DNA of 64,000 bases from the human T2T-CHM13v2.0 reference genome, Homo sapiens. Within the stretch, counting starts at the first letter, position 1, and each line of letters starts with the position of its first letter. The stretch lies in assembly GCF_009914755.1 (NCBI RefSeq), contig NC_060928.1; one strand, given 5' to 3'. The notes beneath the pieces are model-generated. The model had not been told where the DNA came from. It saw nothing but the letters and a program-made list of their open reading frames with translations, and did not search any database. Positions 12,641 through 27,772 of the stretch are shown in pieces. A program made the position numbers and the translations under genes.

Positions 12641-15600
12641 ATTTTATGTGCAGTACATAATACATACTTTGGATACTTTGTTATTTTAAATACAGTATGT
12701 AATACATATTTTGGGTACTTTGATATTTTATGTACAGTATATAATACATACTTTGGTACTTTTATATTTCATGTACAGTATATAATATATAGTTTGAGTA
12801 CTTTGATATTTTATGTACAGTATATAATACATAGTTTGGGTATTTTGATATTTTATGTACAGTATATAATACATACTTTGGGTACTTTGATATTTTATGT
12901 ACAGTATATAATATATAGTTTGGGTACTTTGATAATTTATGTGCAGTATATAACACATACTTTCGGTAGTTGGATATTTTATGTACAGTATATAATACAT
13001 ACTTTGGGTACTTCGATATTTGATGTACAGTATACTATATATAGTTTGGGTACTTTGATATTTTATGTCGGGTACAAAATAAATAGTTTTGGTACTTAGA
13101 TATTTTATGTACAGTATATAGTTTGAGTACTTTGATATTTTATGTACAGTTTATTATTAATGGGTGCTTTCATATTTTATGTACAGTATATAATACATAC
13201 TATGGGCACTTTGATATTTTATGTACAGTATATAATACATAATTTGGGTACTTTGATATTTTATATACACTACATAATACATACTTTGGGTACTTTGATA
13301 TTTTATGTACAGTACATAATATATAGTTTGGGTACTTTGATATTGTATGTGCAGTATATAACACATACTTTCGGTACTTGGATATTTTATGTACAGTATA
13401 CAATACATAATTTGGGTACTTCCATATTTTATGTACAGTATGCTATATATACTTTGGGTACTTTGATATTTTATGTCCAGTATAAAATAAAAAGTTTTGG
13501 TAATTCGATATTTTATGTACAGTGTATCGTTTGAGTACTTTGATATTTAATGTACAGTTTATTATAAATGTTCAGGTGCTTTCATATTTTATGTACAGTA
13601 TATAATACATACTTTGAGCACTTTGATATTTTATGTACAGTATATAATACATACTTTGGGTAATTTGATATTTTATGTACAGTATATAATACATACATTG
13701 GGTACTTTGATATTTTATGTACAGTATATAATATATAGTTAGGGTACTTTGATATTTTATATACAGTATATAATATATATTATGTGTACTTTGATATATT
13801 ATGTACAGTATATAATATATAGTTTGGGTAATTTGATATTTTATGTACAGTATACAATATATAGTATTGGTACTTTGATATTTCATGTAAAGTATATAGT
13901 TTGAGTACTTTGATATTTTATATACAGTTTATTATAAATGTTTAGGTACCTTCCTATTTTATGTAGAGTATATAATACATACTTTGGGAACTTTTATTTT
14001 ATGTGCAGTATATAATACATACTTTGGGTACTTTGATATTTTATGTACAGTATATAATATATACTTTGGGTACTTTGATATTTTATGTACAGTATATAAT
14101 ACATACTTTGGGTACTTTGATATTTTATAAACAGTATATAATACATACTTTGGGTACTTTGATATTTTATGTACTGTATATAATACATACTTTGGGTACT
14201 TTTATATTTTATGTACAGTATATAATATATAGTTTGGGTACTTTGATATTTTATGTACGGTATATAATACATACTTTGGGTACTTTGATATTTTATGTAT
14301 AGTATATAATACATACTAAGCGCACTTTGATATTTTATGTACAGTATATAATACATACTTTGGTTACTCTGATATTTTATGTACAGTGTATAATACATAC
14401 TTTGGGTACTTTGATATTTTATGTATAGTATATAGTTTGAGTACTTTGATATTTTATGTACAGTTTTTTATAAATATTTTGGTGCTTTCATATTTTATGT
14501 ACAGTATATAATACATACTAAGCGCACTTTGATATTTTATGTACAGTATATAATACATACTTTGGGTACTTTGATAATTTATGTACAGTATATAATACAT
14601 ACTTTTGGTACTTTGATATTTAATGTACAGTATATAATACACACTTTGCATACTTTGATATTTTATGTAAAGTATGTAATACATACTTTGGGTACTTTGA
14701 TATTTTATGTACAGTATGTAATACACGCTTTGGGTACTTTGATATTTTATGTAGAGTATGTAAAACATACTTTGGGTAGTTTGTTATTTTATGATCAGTA
14801 TATAATACATATTTTGGGTACTTTGATATTTTATGTACAGTATATAATACATACTTTGGGTACTTTGATATTTTATGTACAGTATATAATGTATAATTTG
14901 GGTACTTCAATAGTTTATGCACAGTATATAATACATACTTTGTGTAATTTGATATTTTATGTACAGTATATAATGCATACTTTGGGTACTTTGATAGTTT
15001 ATGTACAGTATACAATACATACTTTGGGTACTTTGATATTTTATGTACAGTATATAATATGTAGTTTGGGTACTTTGATATTTTAACTACAGTATATAAT
15101 ACATACTTTGGGTACTTTGATATTTTATCTACAGTATATAATAGATACTTTGGGTACTTTGATATATTATGTACAGTATATAATACATAGTTTGGTTACT
15201 TTGATATTTTTTGTACAGTATGTAAAACATACTTTGGGGAGTTTGCTATTTTATGAACAGTATATAATACACATTTTGGGTACTTTGATATTTTATGTAC
15301 GGTATATAATACATACTTTGGGTACTTTGATATTTTATGTACAGTATATAATTCATACTTTGGGTACTTTGATATTTTATGTACAGTATATAATACATAC
15401 ATTGGGTACTTCGATATTTTATGTGCAGTACCCTATATATAGTTTGGGTACTTTGATATTTTATGTCCAGTATAAAATAAATAGTTTTGGTACTTTGATA
15501 TTTTATGTACAGTATATAGTTTGAGTACTTTGATATTTAATGTTCAGTTTATTATAAATGTTTGGGTGCTTTCATATTTTATATACAGTATATAATACAT

Positions 15601-18600
15601 ACTTTGGGCACTTTGATATTTTCTGTACAGTATATAATACATACTTTGGGTACTTTGATATTTTATGTACGGTATATAATACATACATTGGGTACTTTGA
15701 TATTTTATGTAAAGTATATAATATATAGTTTGGTTACTTTGATATTTTATATACAGTATATAATATATATTATGTGTACTTTGATATATTATGTACAGTA
15801 TATAATATATAGTATGGGTTGTTTGATATTTTATGTACAGTATATAATATATAATTTGGGTAGTTTGATATTTTTAGTACAGTATGTAATATATAGTTTG
15901 TTTTATTTGATATTTTATGTACAGTATACAATATATAGTATTGGTACTTTGATATTTCATGTAAAGTATATAGTTTGAGTACTTTGATATTTTATATGCA
16001 GTTTATTATAAATGTTTGGGTACCTTCATATTTTATGTACAGTATATAATACATACTTTGGGAACTTTTATTTTATGTGCAGTATATAATACATACTTTG
16101 GGTACTTTGATATTTCATGTACAGTATATAATACACACTTTGGGTACTTTGATATTTTATGTACAGTATATAATACACCCTTTGGGTAGTTTGATATTTT
16201 ATGTACAGTATATAATACATACTTTGGGTACTTTGATGTATTATGTACAGTATATAATACATACTTTGGGTACTTTGATATTTTATGTACAGTATATAAT
16301 ACATACTTTGGGTACTTTGATATTTTATGTACAGTATGTAATACATAATTTGGGTACTTTAATATTTTATGTATAGTATATAATACTTACTTTGGGTACT
16401 TTGATATTTTATGGACAGTGTATAATACATACTTTGGGTTCTTTGATATTTTATGTACAGTATGTAATACATAATTTGGGTACTTTAATATTTTATGTAT
16501 AGTATATAATACTTACTTTGGGTACTTTGATATTTTATGGACAGTGTATAATACATACTTTGGGTTCTCTGATATTTTCTGTACAGTGTATAATACATAA
16601 TTTGGGTACTTTGATATTTTATGTACAGCATATAATACATACGTTGGGTACTTTGATATATTATGTACAGTATATAATACATACTTTGGGTACTTTGATA
16701 TTTTATGTACAGTATATAATCCATAGTTTGTGTACTTTTATATTTTATGTACAGTATATAATACATACTTTGGGTACTTTGATATTTTATGTACAGTATA
16801 TAATACATACTTTGGGTACTTTCATGTTTTATGTACAGTATATAATATATAGTTTGGGTACTTTGATATTTTATCTACAGCTTATAATACTTACTTTGGG
16901 TAATTTGATATTTTATGTGCAGTATATAATACATACTTTGGGTAGTTTGATATTTTATGTACAGTATACAATATATAGTTTGAGTACTTTGATATTTTAT
17001 GTGCAGTATAAAATATATAGTGTTGGTACTTTGATGTTTTATGTACAGTATATATTTTGAGTACTTTGATATTTTGTGTACAGTTTATTATAAATGTTTG
17101 GGTACTTTCATATTTGATGTACAGTATATAATACATAATTTGGGCACTTTGATATTTTATGTACAGTATATAATACATACTTTGGGTACTTTTATATTTT
17201 ATGTACAGTATATAATACATACTCTGGGCACTTTGATATTTAATGTACAGTATATAATACACACTTTGCGTACTTTGATATTTTATGTAACGTATGTAAT
17301 ACATACTTTGGGTAGTTTGATATTTTATGTACAGTATGTAGTACACACTTTGGGTACTTTGATATTTTATGTACAGTATGTAAAACATACTTTGGGTAGT
17401 TTGATATTTTATGATCAGTATATAATACACATTTTGGGTACCTTGATATTTTATGTACAGTATATAATACATACTTTGGGTACTTTGATATTTTATGTAC
17501 AGTATATAATGCATACCTTAGGTACTTTGATAGTTTTTGTACAGTATATAATACATACTTTGGGTACTTTGATATTTTATGTACAGTATATAATACATAG
17601 TTTGGGTACTTTGATATTTTATGTACAGTATATAATACATACTTTGGGTACTTTGATATTTTATCTACAGTGTATAATATATACTTTGGGTACTTTGATA
17701 TATTATGTACAGTATATAATACATACTTTGGGTACTTTGATATTTTATGTACAGTATATAATACATACTTTGGGTACTTTGATATTTTATGTACAGTATA
17801 TAATACATACTTTCAGTAGTTTGATATTTTATGTACAGTATATAATATATAGTTTGGGTACTTTGATATTTTATGTACAGTATATAATACATAGTTTGGG
17901 TACTTTGATATTTTATGTACAGTATATAATACATACTTTCGGTACTTTGATATTTTATGTACAGTATATAATATATAGTTTGGGTACTTTGATAATTTAT
18001 GTACAGTGTATAACACATACTTTGGGTACTTTGATATTTTATGTACAGTATATAATACATACTTTGGGTACTTTGATATTTTATATACAGTATATAATAC
18101 ATACTTTGGGTACTTTCATATTTCATGTACAGTTTATAATATATAGTTTGAGTACTTTGGTATATTATGTACTGTATATAATACATACTTTGGGTACTTT
18201 GATATTTTATGTACAGTATATAATACATACTTTGGGTACTTTGATATTTTATGTACAGTATACAATATATACTTTGACTACTTTGATATTTTATGTCCAG
18301 TATAGAATATATAGTTTTGGTAGTTTGATATTTTATGTACAGTATATAGTTTGAGTACATTGATATTTTATGTACACTTTATTATAAATGTTTGGATACT
18401 TTCATATTTTATGTACAGTATATAATACATACTTTGGGCACTTTGATATTTTATGTACAGTATACAATACATACTTTGGGTACTTTGATATTTTATGTAC
18501 AGTATATAATACATAATTTGGGTACTTTGATATTTTATGTACAGTATATAATGCATACTTTGGGTACTTTGATGTTTTATGTACAGTATATAATACATAC

Positions 18601-21600
18601 TTAGGGTACTTTGATATTTTATGTATAGTATAAAATATATAGTTTGGGTACTTTGATATTTTATGTACACTTTATTATAAATGTTTGGATACTTTCATAT
18701 TTTATGTACAGTATTTAATACATACTTTGGGCACTTTGATATTTTATGTACAGTATACAATACATACTTTGGGTACTTTGATATTTTATTTACTGTATAT
18801 AATACATAATTTGGGTACTTTGATATTTTATTTACAGTATATAATGCATACTTTGGGTACTTTGATGTTTTATGTACAGTATATAATACATACTTAGCGT
18901 ACTTTGACATTTTATGTGCAGTACATAATACATACTTTGGATACTTTGTTATTTTAAATACAGTATGTAATACATATTTTGGGTACTTTGATATTTTATG
19001 TACAGTATATAATACATACTTTGGTACTTTTATATTTCATGTACAGTATATAATATATAGTTTGAGTACTTTGATATTTTATGTACAGTATATAATACAT
19101 AGTTTGGGTATTTTGATATTTTATGTACAGTATATAATACATACTTTGGGTACTTTGATATTTTATGTACAGTATATAATATATAGTTTGGGTACTTTGA
19201 TAATTTATGTGCAGTATATAACACATACTTTCGGTAGTTGGATATTTTATGTACAGTATATAATACATACTTTGGGTACTTCGATATTTGATGTACAGTA
19301 TACTATATATAGTTTGGGTACTTTGATATTTTATGTCGGGTACAAAATAAATAGTTTTGGTACTTAGATATTTTATGTACAGTATATAGTTTGAGTACTT
19401 TGATATTTTATGTACAGTTTATTATTAATGGGTGCTTTCATATTTTATGTACAGTATATAATACATACTATGGGCACTTTGATATTTTATGTACAGTATA
19501 TAATACATAATTTGGGTACTTTGATATTTTATATACACTACATAATACATACTTTGGGTACTTTGATATTTTATGTACAGTACATAATATATAGTTTGGG
19601 TACTTTGATATTGTATGTGCAGTATATAACACATACTTTCGGTACTTGGATATTTTATGTACAGTATACAATACATAATTTGGGTACTTCCATATTTTAT
19701 GTACAGTATGCTATATATACTTTGGGTACTTTGATATTTTATGTCCAGTATAAAATAAAAAGTTTTGGTAATTCGATATTTTATGTACAGTGTATCGTTT
19801 GAGTACTTTGATATTTAATGTACAGTTTATTATAAATGTTCAGGTGCTTTCATATTTTATGTACAGTATATAATACATACTTTGAGCACTTTGATATTTT
19901 ATGTACAGTATATAATACATACTTTGGGTAATTTGATATTTTATGTACAGTATATAATACATACATTGGGTACTTTGATATTTTATGTACAGTATATAAT
20001 ATATAGTTAGGGTACTTTGATATTTTATATACAGTATATAATATATATTATGTGTACTTTGATATATTATGTACAGTATATAATATATAGTTTGGGTAAT
20101 TTGATATTTTATGTACAGTATACAATATATAGTATTGGTACTTTGATATTTCATGTAAAGTATATAGTTTGAGTACTTTGATATTTTATATACAGTTTAT
20201 TATAAATGTTTAGGTACCTTCCTATTTTATGTAGAGTATATAATACATACTTTGGGAACTTTTATTTTATGTGCAGTATATAATACATACTTTGGGTACT
20301 TTGATATTTTATGTACAGTATATAATATATACTTTGGGTACTTTGATATTTTATGTACAGTATATAATACATACTTTGGGTACTTTGATATTTTATAAAC
20401 AGTATATAATACATACTTTGGGTACTTTGATATTTTATGTACTGTATATAATACATACTTTGGGTACTTTTATATTTTATGTACAGTATATAATATATAG
20501 TTTGGGTACTTTGATATTTTATGTACGGTATATAATACATACTTTGGGTACTTTGATATTTTATGTATAGTATATAATACATACTAAGCGCACTTTGATA
20601 TTTTATGTACAGTATATAATACATACTTTGGTTACTCTGATATTTTATGTACAGTGTATAATACATACTTTGGGTACTTTGATATTTTATGTATAGTATA
20701 TAGTTTGAGTACTTTGATATTTTATGTACAGTTTTTTATAAATATTTTGGTGCTTTCATATTTTATGTACAGTATATAATACATACTAAGCGCACTTTGA
20801 TATTTTATGTACAGTATATAATACATACTTTGGTTACTCTGATATTTTATGTACAGTGTATAATACATACTTTGGGTACTTTGATATTTTATGTACAATA
20901 TATAATACATACGTTGAGGACTTTGATATATTATGTACATTATATAATTCATACTTTGGGTACTTTGATATTTTATGTACAGTATATAATACATAGTTTG
21001 TGTACTTTGATATTTTATGTACAGTATATAATACATACTTTGGGTACTTTGATATTTTATATACAGTATATAATACATACTTTGGGTACTTTCATATTTT
21101 ATGTACAGTATATTATATATAGTTTGGGTACTTTGATATTTTATCTACAGCTTATAATACATACTTTGGGTACTTTGATATTTTATGTACAGTATATAAT
21201 ACATACTTTGGGTAGTTTGATATTTTATGTACAGTATACAATATATAGTTTGAGTACTTTGATATTTTATGTGCAGTATAAAATATATAGTTTTGGTACT
21301 TTGAAATTTTATGTACAGTTTATAGTTTGAGTACTTTGATATTTTATGTACAGTTTATTATAAATGTTTGGGTACTTTCATATTTGATGTACAGTATATA
21401 ATACATAATTTGGGCACTTTGATATTTTATGTACAGTATATAATACATACTTTGGGTACTTTTCTATTTTATGTACAGTATATAATACATACTTTGTTTA
21501 CTTTGATATTTAATGTACAGTATATAATACACACTTTGCGTACTTTGATATTTTATGTAAAGCATGTAATACATAATTTGGGCAGTTTGATATTTTATGT

Positions 21601-23679
21601 ACAGTATGTAATACACACTTTGGGTACTTTGATATTTTATGTACAGTATGTAAAACATACTTTGGGTAGTTTGATATATTATGTACAGTATATAATGCAA
21701 ACTTTGTGTACTCTGATATTTTATGTACAGTGTATAATACGTACTTGGGTACTTTGATATTTTATGTACAGTATATAATACATACATTGGGTACTTTGAT
21801 ATATTATGTACAGTATATAATACTTACTTGGGGTACTTTGATATTTTATGTACAGTATATAATACATACTTTGTGTACTTTGATATTTTATGTATAGTAT
21901 ATAATGCATACTTTGGGTACTTTGATATTTTATGTACAGTATATAATGCATACTTTGGGTACTTTGATATTTTATGTACAGTATGTAATACATACTTTGG
22001 GTACTTTGATATTTTATGTATAGTATATAATACATACTTTGTGTAGTTTGATATTTTATGTACAGTATACAATATATAGTTTGAGTACTTTGATATTTTA
22101 TGTCCAGTATAAAATATATAGTTTTCCTAATTGATATTTTATGTACAGAATATAGTTTGAGTACTTTGATATTTTATGTACACTTTATTATAAATGTTTG
22201 GGTACTTTCACATTTTATGTACAGTATATAATACATACGTTGGTCTCTTTGATGTTTTATGTACAGTATATAATACATACTTTGGGTTCTTTGATATTTT
22301 ATGTGCAGAATATAATGCATAGTTTTAGGTACTTTTATATTTTATGTACAGTATATAATACATACTTTGGGTACTTTGATATTTTATGTACAGTATATAA
22401 TACATACTTTGGGTACTTTGATATTTTATGTACAGTATATAATACATATTATTGGTACTTTGATATTTTATGTACAGTATACAATATATAGTTTGAGTAC
22501 TTTGATATTTTATGTCCAGTATAAAATACATAGATTTCATACTTTGATATTTTATGTACAGAATATAGTTTGAGTACTTTGATATTTTATGTACACTTTA
22601 TCATAAAAGTTTGGGTACTTTCATATTTTACGTACAGTATATAATACATACTTTGGGCACTTTGATGTTTTATGTACAGTATATAATACATACTTTGGGT
22701 TCTTTGATATGTTATGTACAGCATATAATACATAATTTGGGGACTTTTATATTTTATGTACATTATATTATACATACTTTGGGTACTTTTATATTTTATG
22801 TACGGTATATAATACACACTTTGGGTACTTTGATATATTATGTACAGTATATAATACATACTTTGGGTACTTTGATATATTATGTACAGTATATAATACA
22901 TAATAAGGGTACTTTGACATTTTATGTACAGTACATAATACATACTTTCGGTACTTTGATATTTTATGTACAGTATATAATGCATACTTTGGATACTTTG
23001 ATATTTTATGTACAGTATATAATACATACTTTGGGTACTTTTATATTTTATGTACAGTATATAATATATAGTTTGGGTACTTTGATATTTTATGTACGGT
23101 ATATAATACATACTTTGGGTACTTTGATATTTTATATACAGTATATAATACATACTTTGGGTACTCTGATATTTTATGTACAGTATACAATATATAGTTT
23201 GAATACTTTGATATTTTATGTACTGTATAAAATATATAGTTTTCGTACTTTGATATTTTATGTACAATATATAGTTTGAGTACTTTGATATTTTATGTAC
23301 AGTTTTTTATAAATGTTTGGGTGCTTTCATATTTTATGTACAGTATATAATACATACAAAGGGCACTTTGATATTTTATGTACAGTATATAATACATACT
23401 TTGGGTACTCTGATATTTTATGTACAGTGTATAATACATACTTTGGGTACTTTGATATTTTATGTACAATATATAATACATACGTTGGGAACTTTGATAT
23501 ATTATGTACAGTATATAATACATACTTTGGGTACTTTGATATTTTATCTACAGTATACAACACATAGTTTGTGTACTTTGATATTTTATGTACAGTATAT
23601 AATACATACTTTAGGTACTTTGATATTTTATGTACAGTATATAATACATACTTTGGGTACTTTCATATTTTATGTACAG

Positions 23680-26600
23680 TATATAATATATAGTTTGGGT
23701 ACTTTGATATTTTATCTACAGCTTATAATACATACTTTGGGTACTTTGATACTTTATGTACAGTACATAATACATACTTTGGGTACTTTGATATTTTATG
23801 TACAGTATACAATATATAGTTTGAGTACTTTGATATTTTATGTGCAGTATAAAATATATAGTTTTGGTACTTTGATATTTTATGTACAGTTTATAGTTTG
23901 AGTACTTTGATATTTTATGTACAGTTTATTATAAATGTTTGGGTACTTTCATATTTGATGTACAGCATATAATACATAATTTGGGCACTTTGATATTTTA
24001 TGTACAGTATATAATACATACTTTGGGTACTTTTATATTTTATGTACAGTATATAATACATACTTTGGGTACTTTGATATTTAATGTACAGTATATAATA
24101 CACACTTTGCGTACTTTGATATTTTATGTAAAGCATGTAATACATACTTTGGGCAGTTTGATATTTTATGTACAGTATGTAATACACAATTTGGGTACTT
24201 TGATATTTTATGTACAGTATGTAAAACATACTTTGGGTAGTTTGATATATTATGTACAGTATATAATACATACTTTGGGTACTCTGATATTTTATGTACA
24301 GTGTATAATACATACCTTGGGTACTTTGATATTTTATGTACAGTATATAATACATACATTGGGTACTTTGATATATTATGTACAGTATATAATACTTACT
24401 TGGGGTACTTTGATATTTTATGTACAGTATATAATACATACTTTGTGTACTTTGATATTTTATGTACAGTATGTAACACATACTTTGGGTACTTTTATAT
24501 TTTATGTACAGTATATAATACATACTTTGGGTATCTTGATGTTTTATGTACAGTATATAATGCATACTTTGAGTACTTTGATATTTTATGTACAGTATGT
24601 AATACATACTTTGGGTACTTTGATATTTTATGTATAGTATATAATACATACTTTGTGTAGTTTGATATTTTATGTACAGTATACAATATATAGTTTGAGT
24701 ACTTTGATATTTTATGTCCAGTATAAAATATATAGTTTTCCTAATTGATATTTTATGTACAGAATATAGTTTGAGTACTTTGATATTTTATGTACACTTT
24801 ATTATAAATGTTTGGGTACTTTCATATTCTATGTACAGTATATAATACATACTTTGGTCTCTTTGATGTTTTATGTACAGTATATAATACATACTTTGGG
24901 TTCTTTGATATTTTATGTGCAGAATATAATGCATAGTTTTAGGTACTTTTATATTTATGTACAGTATATAATACATACTTTGGGTACTTTGATATTTTAT
25001 GTACAGTATATAATACATACTTTGGGAACTTTGATATTTTATGTACAGTATGTAATACATACTTTGGGTACTTTGATATTTTATGTACAGTATATAATAC
25101 ATATTATTGGTACTTTGATATTTTATGTACAGTATACAATATATAGTTTGAGTACTTTGATATTTTATGTCCAGTATAAAATACATAGATTTCATACTTT
25201 GATATTTTATGTACAGAATATAGTTTGAGTACTTTGATATTTTATGTACACTTTATCATAAAAGTTTGGGTACTTTCATATTTTACGTACAGTATATAAT
25301 ACATACTTTGGGCACTTTGATGTTTTATGTACAGTATATAATACATACTTTGGGTTCTTTGACATGTTATGTACAGCATATAGTACATAATTTGGGGACT
25401 TTTATATTTTATGTACATTATATAATACATACTTTGGGTACTTTTATATTTTATATACGGTATATAATACATACTTTGGGTACTTTGATATATTATGTAC
25501 AGTATATAATACATACTTTGGGTACTTTGATATATTATGTACAGTATATAATACATAGTTAGGGTACTTTGACATTTTATGTACAGTACATAATACATAC
25601 TTTGGGTACTTTGATATTTTATGTACAGTATATAATACATACTTTGGGTACTTTGATATTTTATGTACAGTATATAATACATGTTTTGGGTACTTTTACA
25701 TTTTATGTACAGTATAAAATATATAGTTTGGGTACTTTGATATTTTATGTACGGTATATAATACATACTTTGGGTACTTTGATATTTTATGTACAGTATA
25801 TAATACATACTTTGGGTACTTTGATATTTTATGTACAGTATATAATACATACTTTGGGTACTTTGATATTTAATGTACAGTATATAATACACACTTTGCG
25901 TACTTTGATATTTTATGTAAAGTATGTAATACATACTTTGGGTACTTTGATATTTTATGTACAGTATGTAATACACGATTTGGGTACTTTGATATTTTAT
26001 GTAGAGTATGTAAAACATACTTTGGGTAGTTTGGTATTTTATGATCAGTATATAATACATATTTTGGGTACTTTGATATTTTATGTACAGTATATAATAC
26101 ATACTTTGGGTACTTTGATATTTTATGTACAGTATATAATGCATAATTTGGGTACTTCAATAGTTTATGCACAGTATATAATACATACTTTGGGTAATTT
26201 GATATTTTATGTACAGTATATAATGCATACTTTGGGTACTTTGATAGTTTATGTACAGTATACAATACATACTTTGGGTACTTTGATATTTTATGTACAG
26301 TATATAATATGTAGTTTGGGTACTTTGATATTTTAACTACAGTATATAATGCATACTTTGGGTACTTTGATAGTTTATCTACAGTATATAATAGATACTT
26401 TGGGTACTTTGATATATTATGTACAGTATATAATACATAGTTTGGTTACTTTGATATTTTTTGTACAGTATGTAAAACATACTTTGGGGAGTTTGATATT
26501 TTATGAACAGTATATAATACACATTTTGGGTACTTTGATATTTTATGTACGGTATATAATACATACTTTGGGTACTTTGATATTTTATGTACAGTATATA

Positions 26601-27540
26601 ATTCATACTTTGGGTACTTTGATATTTTATGTACAGTATATAATACATACATTGGGTACTTCGATATTTTATGTGCAGTACCCTATATATAGTTTGGGTA
26701 CTTTGATATTTTATGTCCAGTATAAAATAAATAGTTTTGGTACTTTGATATTTTATGTACAGTATATAGTTTGAGTACTTTGATATTTAATGTTCAGTTT
26801 ATTATAAATGTTTGGGTGCTTTCATATTTTATATACAGTATATAATACATACTTTCGGCACTTTGATATTTTCTGTACAGTATATAATACATACTTTGGG
26901 TACTTTGATATTTTATGTATGGTATATAATACATACATTGGGTACTTTGATATTTTATGTAAAGTATATAATATATAGTTTGGTTACTTTGGTATTTTAT
27001 ATACAGTATATAATATATATTATGTGTACTTTGATATATTATGTACAGTATATAATATATAGTATGGGTTGTTTGATATTTTATGTACAGTATATAATAT
27101 ATAGTTTGGGTAGTTTGATATTTTTAGTACAGTATGTAATATATAGTTTGTTTTATTTGATATTTTATGTACAGTATACAATATATAGTATTGGTACTTT
27201 GATATTTCATGTAAAGTATATAGTTTGAGTACTTTGATATTTTATATGCAGTTTATTATAAATGTTTGGGTACCTTCATATTTTATGTACAGTATATAAT
27301 ACATACTTTGGGAACTTTTATTTTATGTGCAGTATATAATACATACTTTGGGTACTTTGATATTTCATGTACAGTATATAATACACACTTTGGGTACTTT
27401 GATATTTTATGTAGAGTATATAATACACACTTTGGGTACTTTGATATTTTATGTACAGTATATAATACATACTTTGGGTACTTTGATGTATTATGTACAG
27501 TATATAATACATACTTTGGGTACTTTGATATTTTATGTAC
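23680..27540. repeat. Paralog of about 2880-6740 (offset 20,802 bp)
   Basis: ORF pairs 3137/23939, 4010/24812, 4464/25266, 6010/26812 and 6464/27266, with scattered substitutions. Ends are approximate. Confidence 0.8.
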
Positions 27541-27772
27541 AGTATATAATACATACTATTGGTACTTTGATATTTTATGTACAGTATACAATATATAGTT
27601 TGAGGACTTTGATATTTTATGTCCAGTATAAAATATATAGATTTCATACTTTGATATTTTATGTACTGAATGTAGTTTGAGTACTTTGATATTTTATGTA
27701 CACTTTAATATAAAAGTTTGGGTACTTTCATATTTTACGTACAGTATATAATACATACTTTGGGCACTTTGA

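Larger units (their letters stand above)
8258..20833. repeat. Head-to-tail tandem duplication, period 6,268 bp (2 copies plus 40-bp junction homology)
   Basis: Identical ORF translations at +6268 (8352/14620, 8840/15108, 10773/17041, 13142/19410, 13994/20262). Identity starts at 8258/14526 and ends at 14565/20833. Confidence 0.93.

Noticed and set aside
13142-13534. Variant head TTATTATTAATGGGTGC giving a true ATG in the main repeat frame (also 19428 and 40639)
   Set aside because: This is a small deletion in a boundary monomer copied by duplication. Nothing supports translation.
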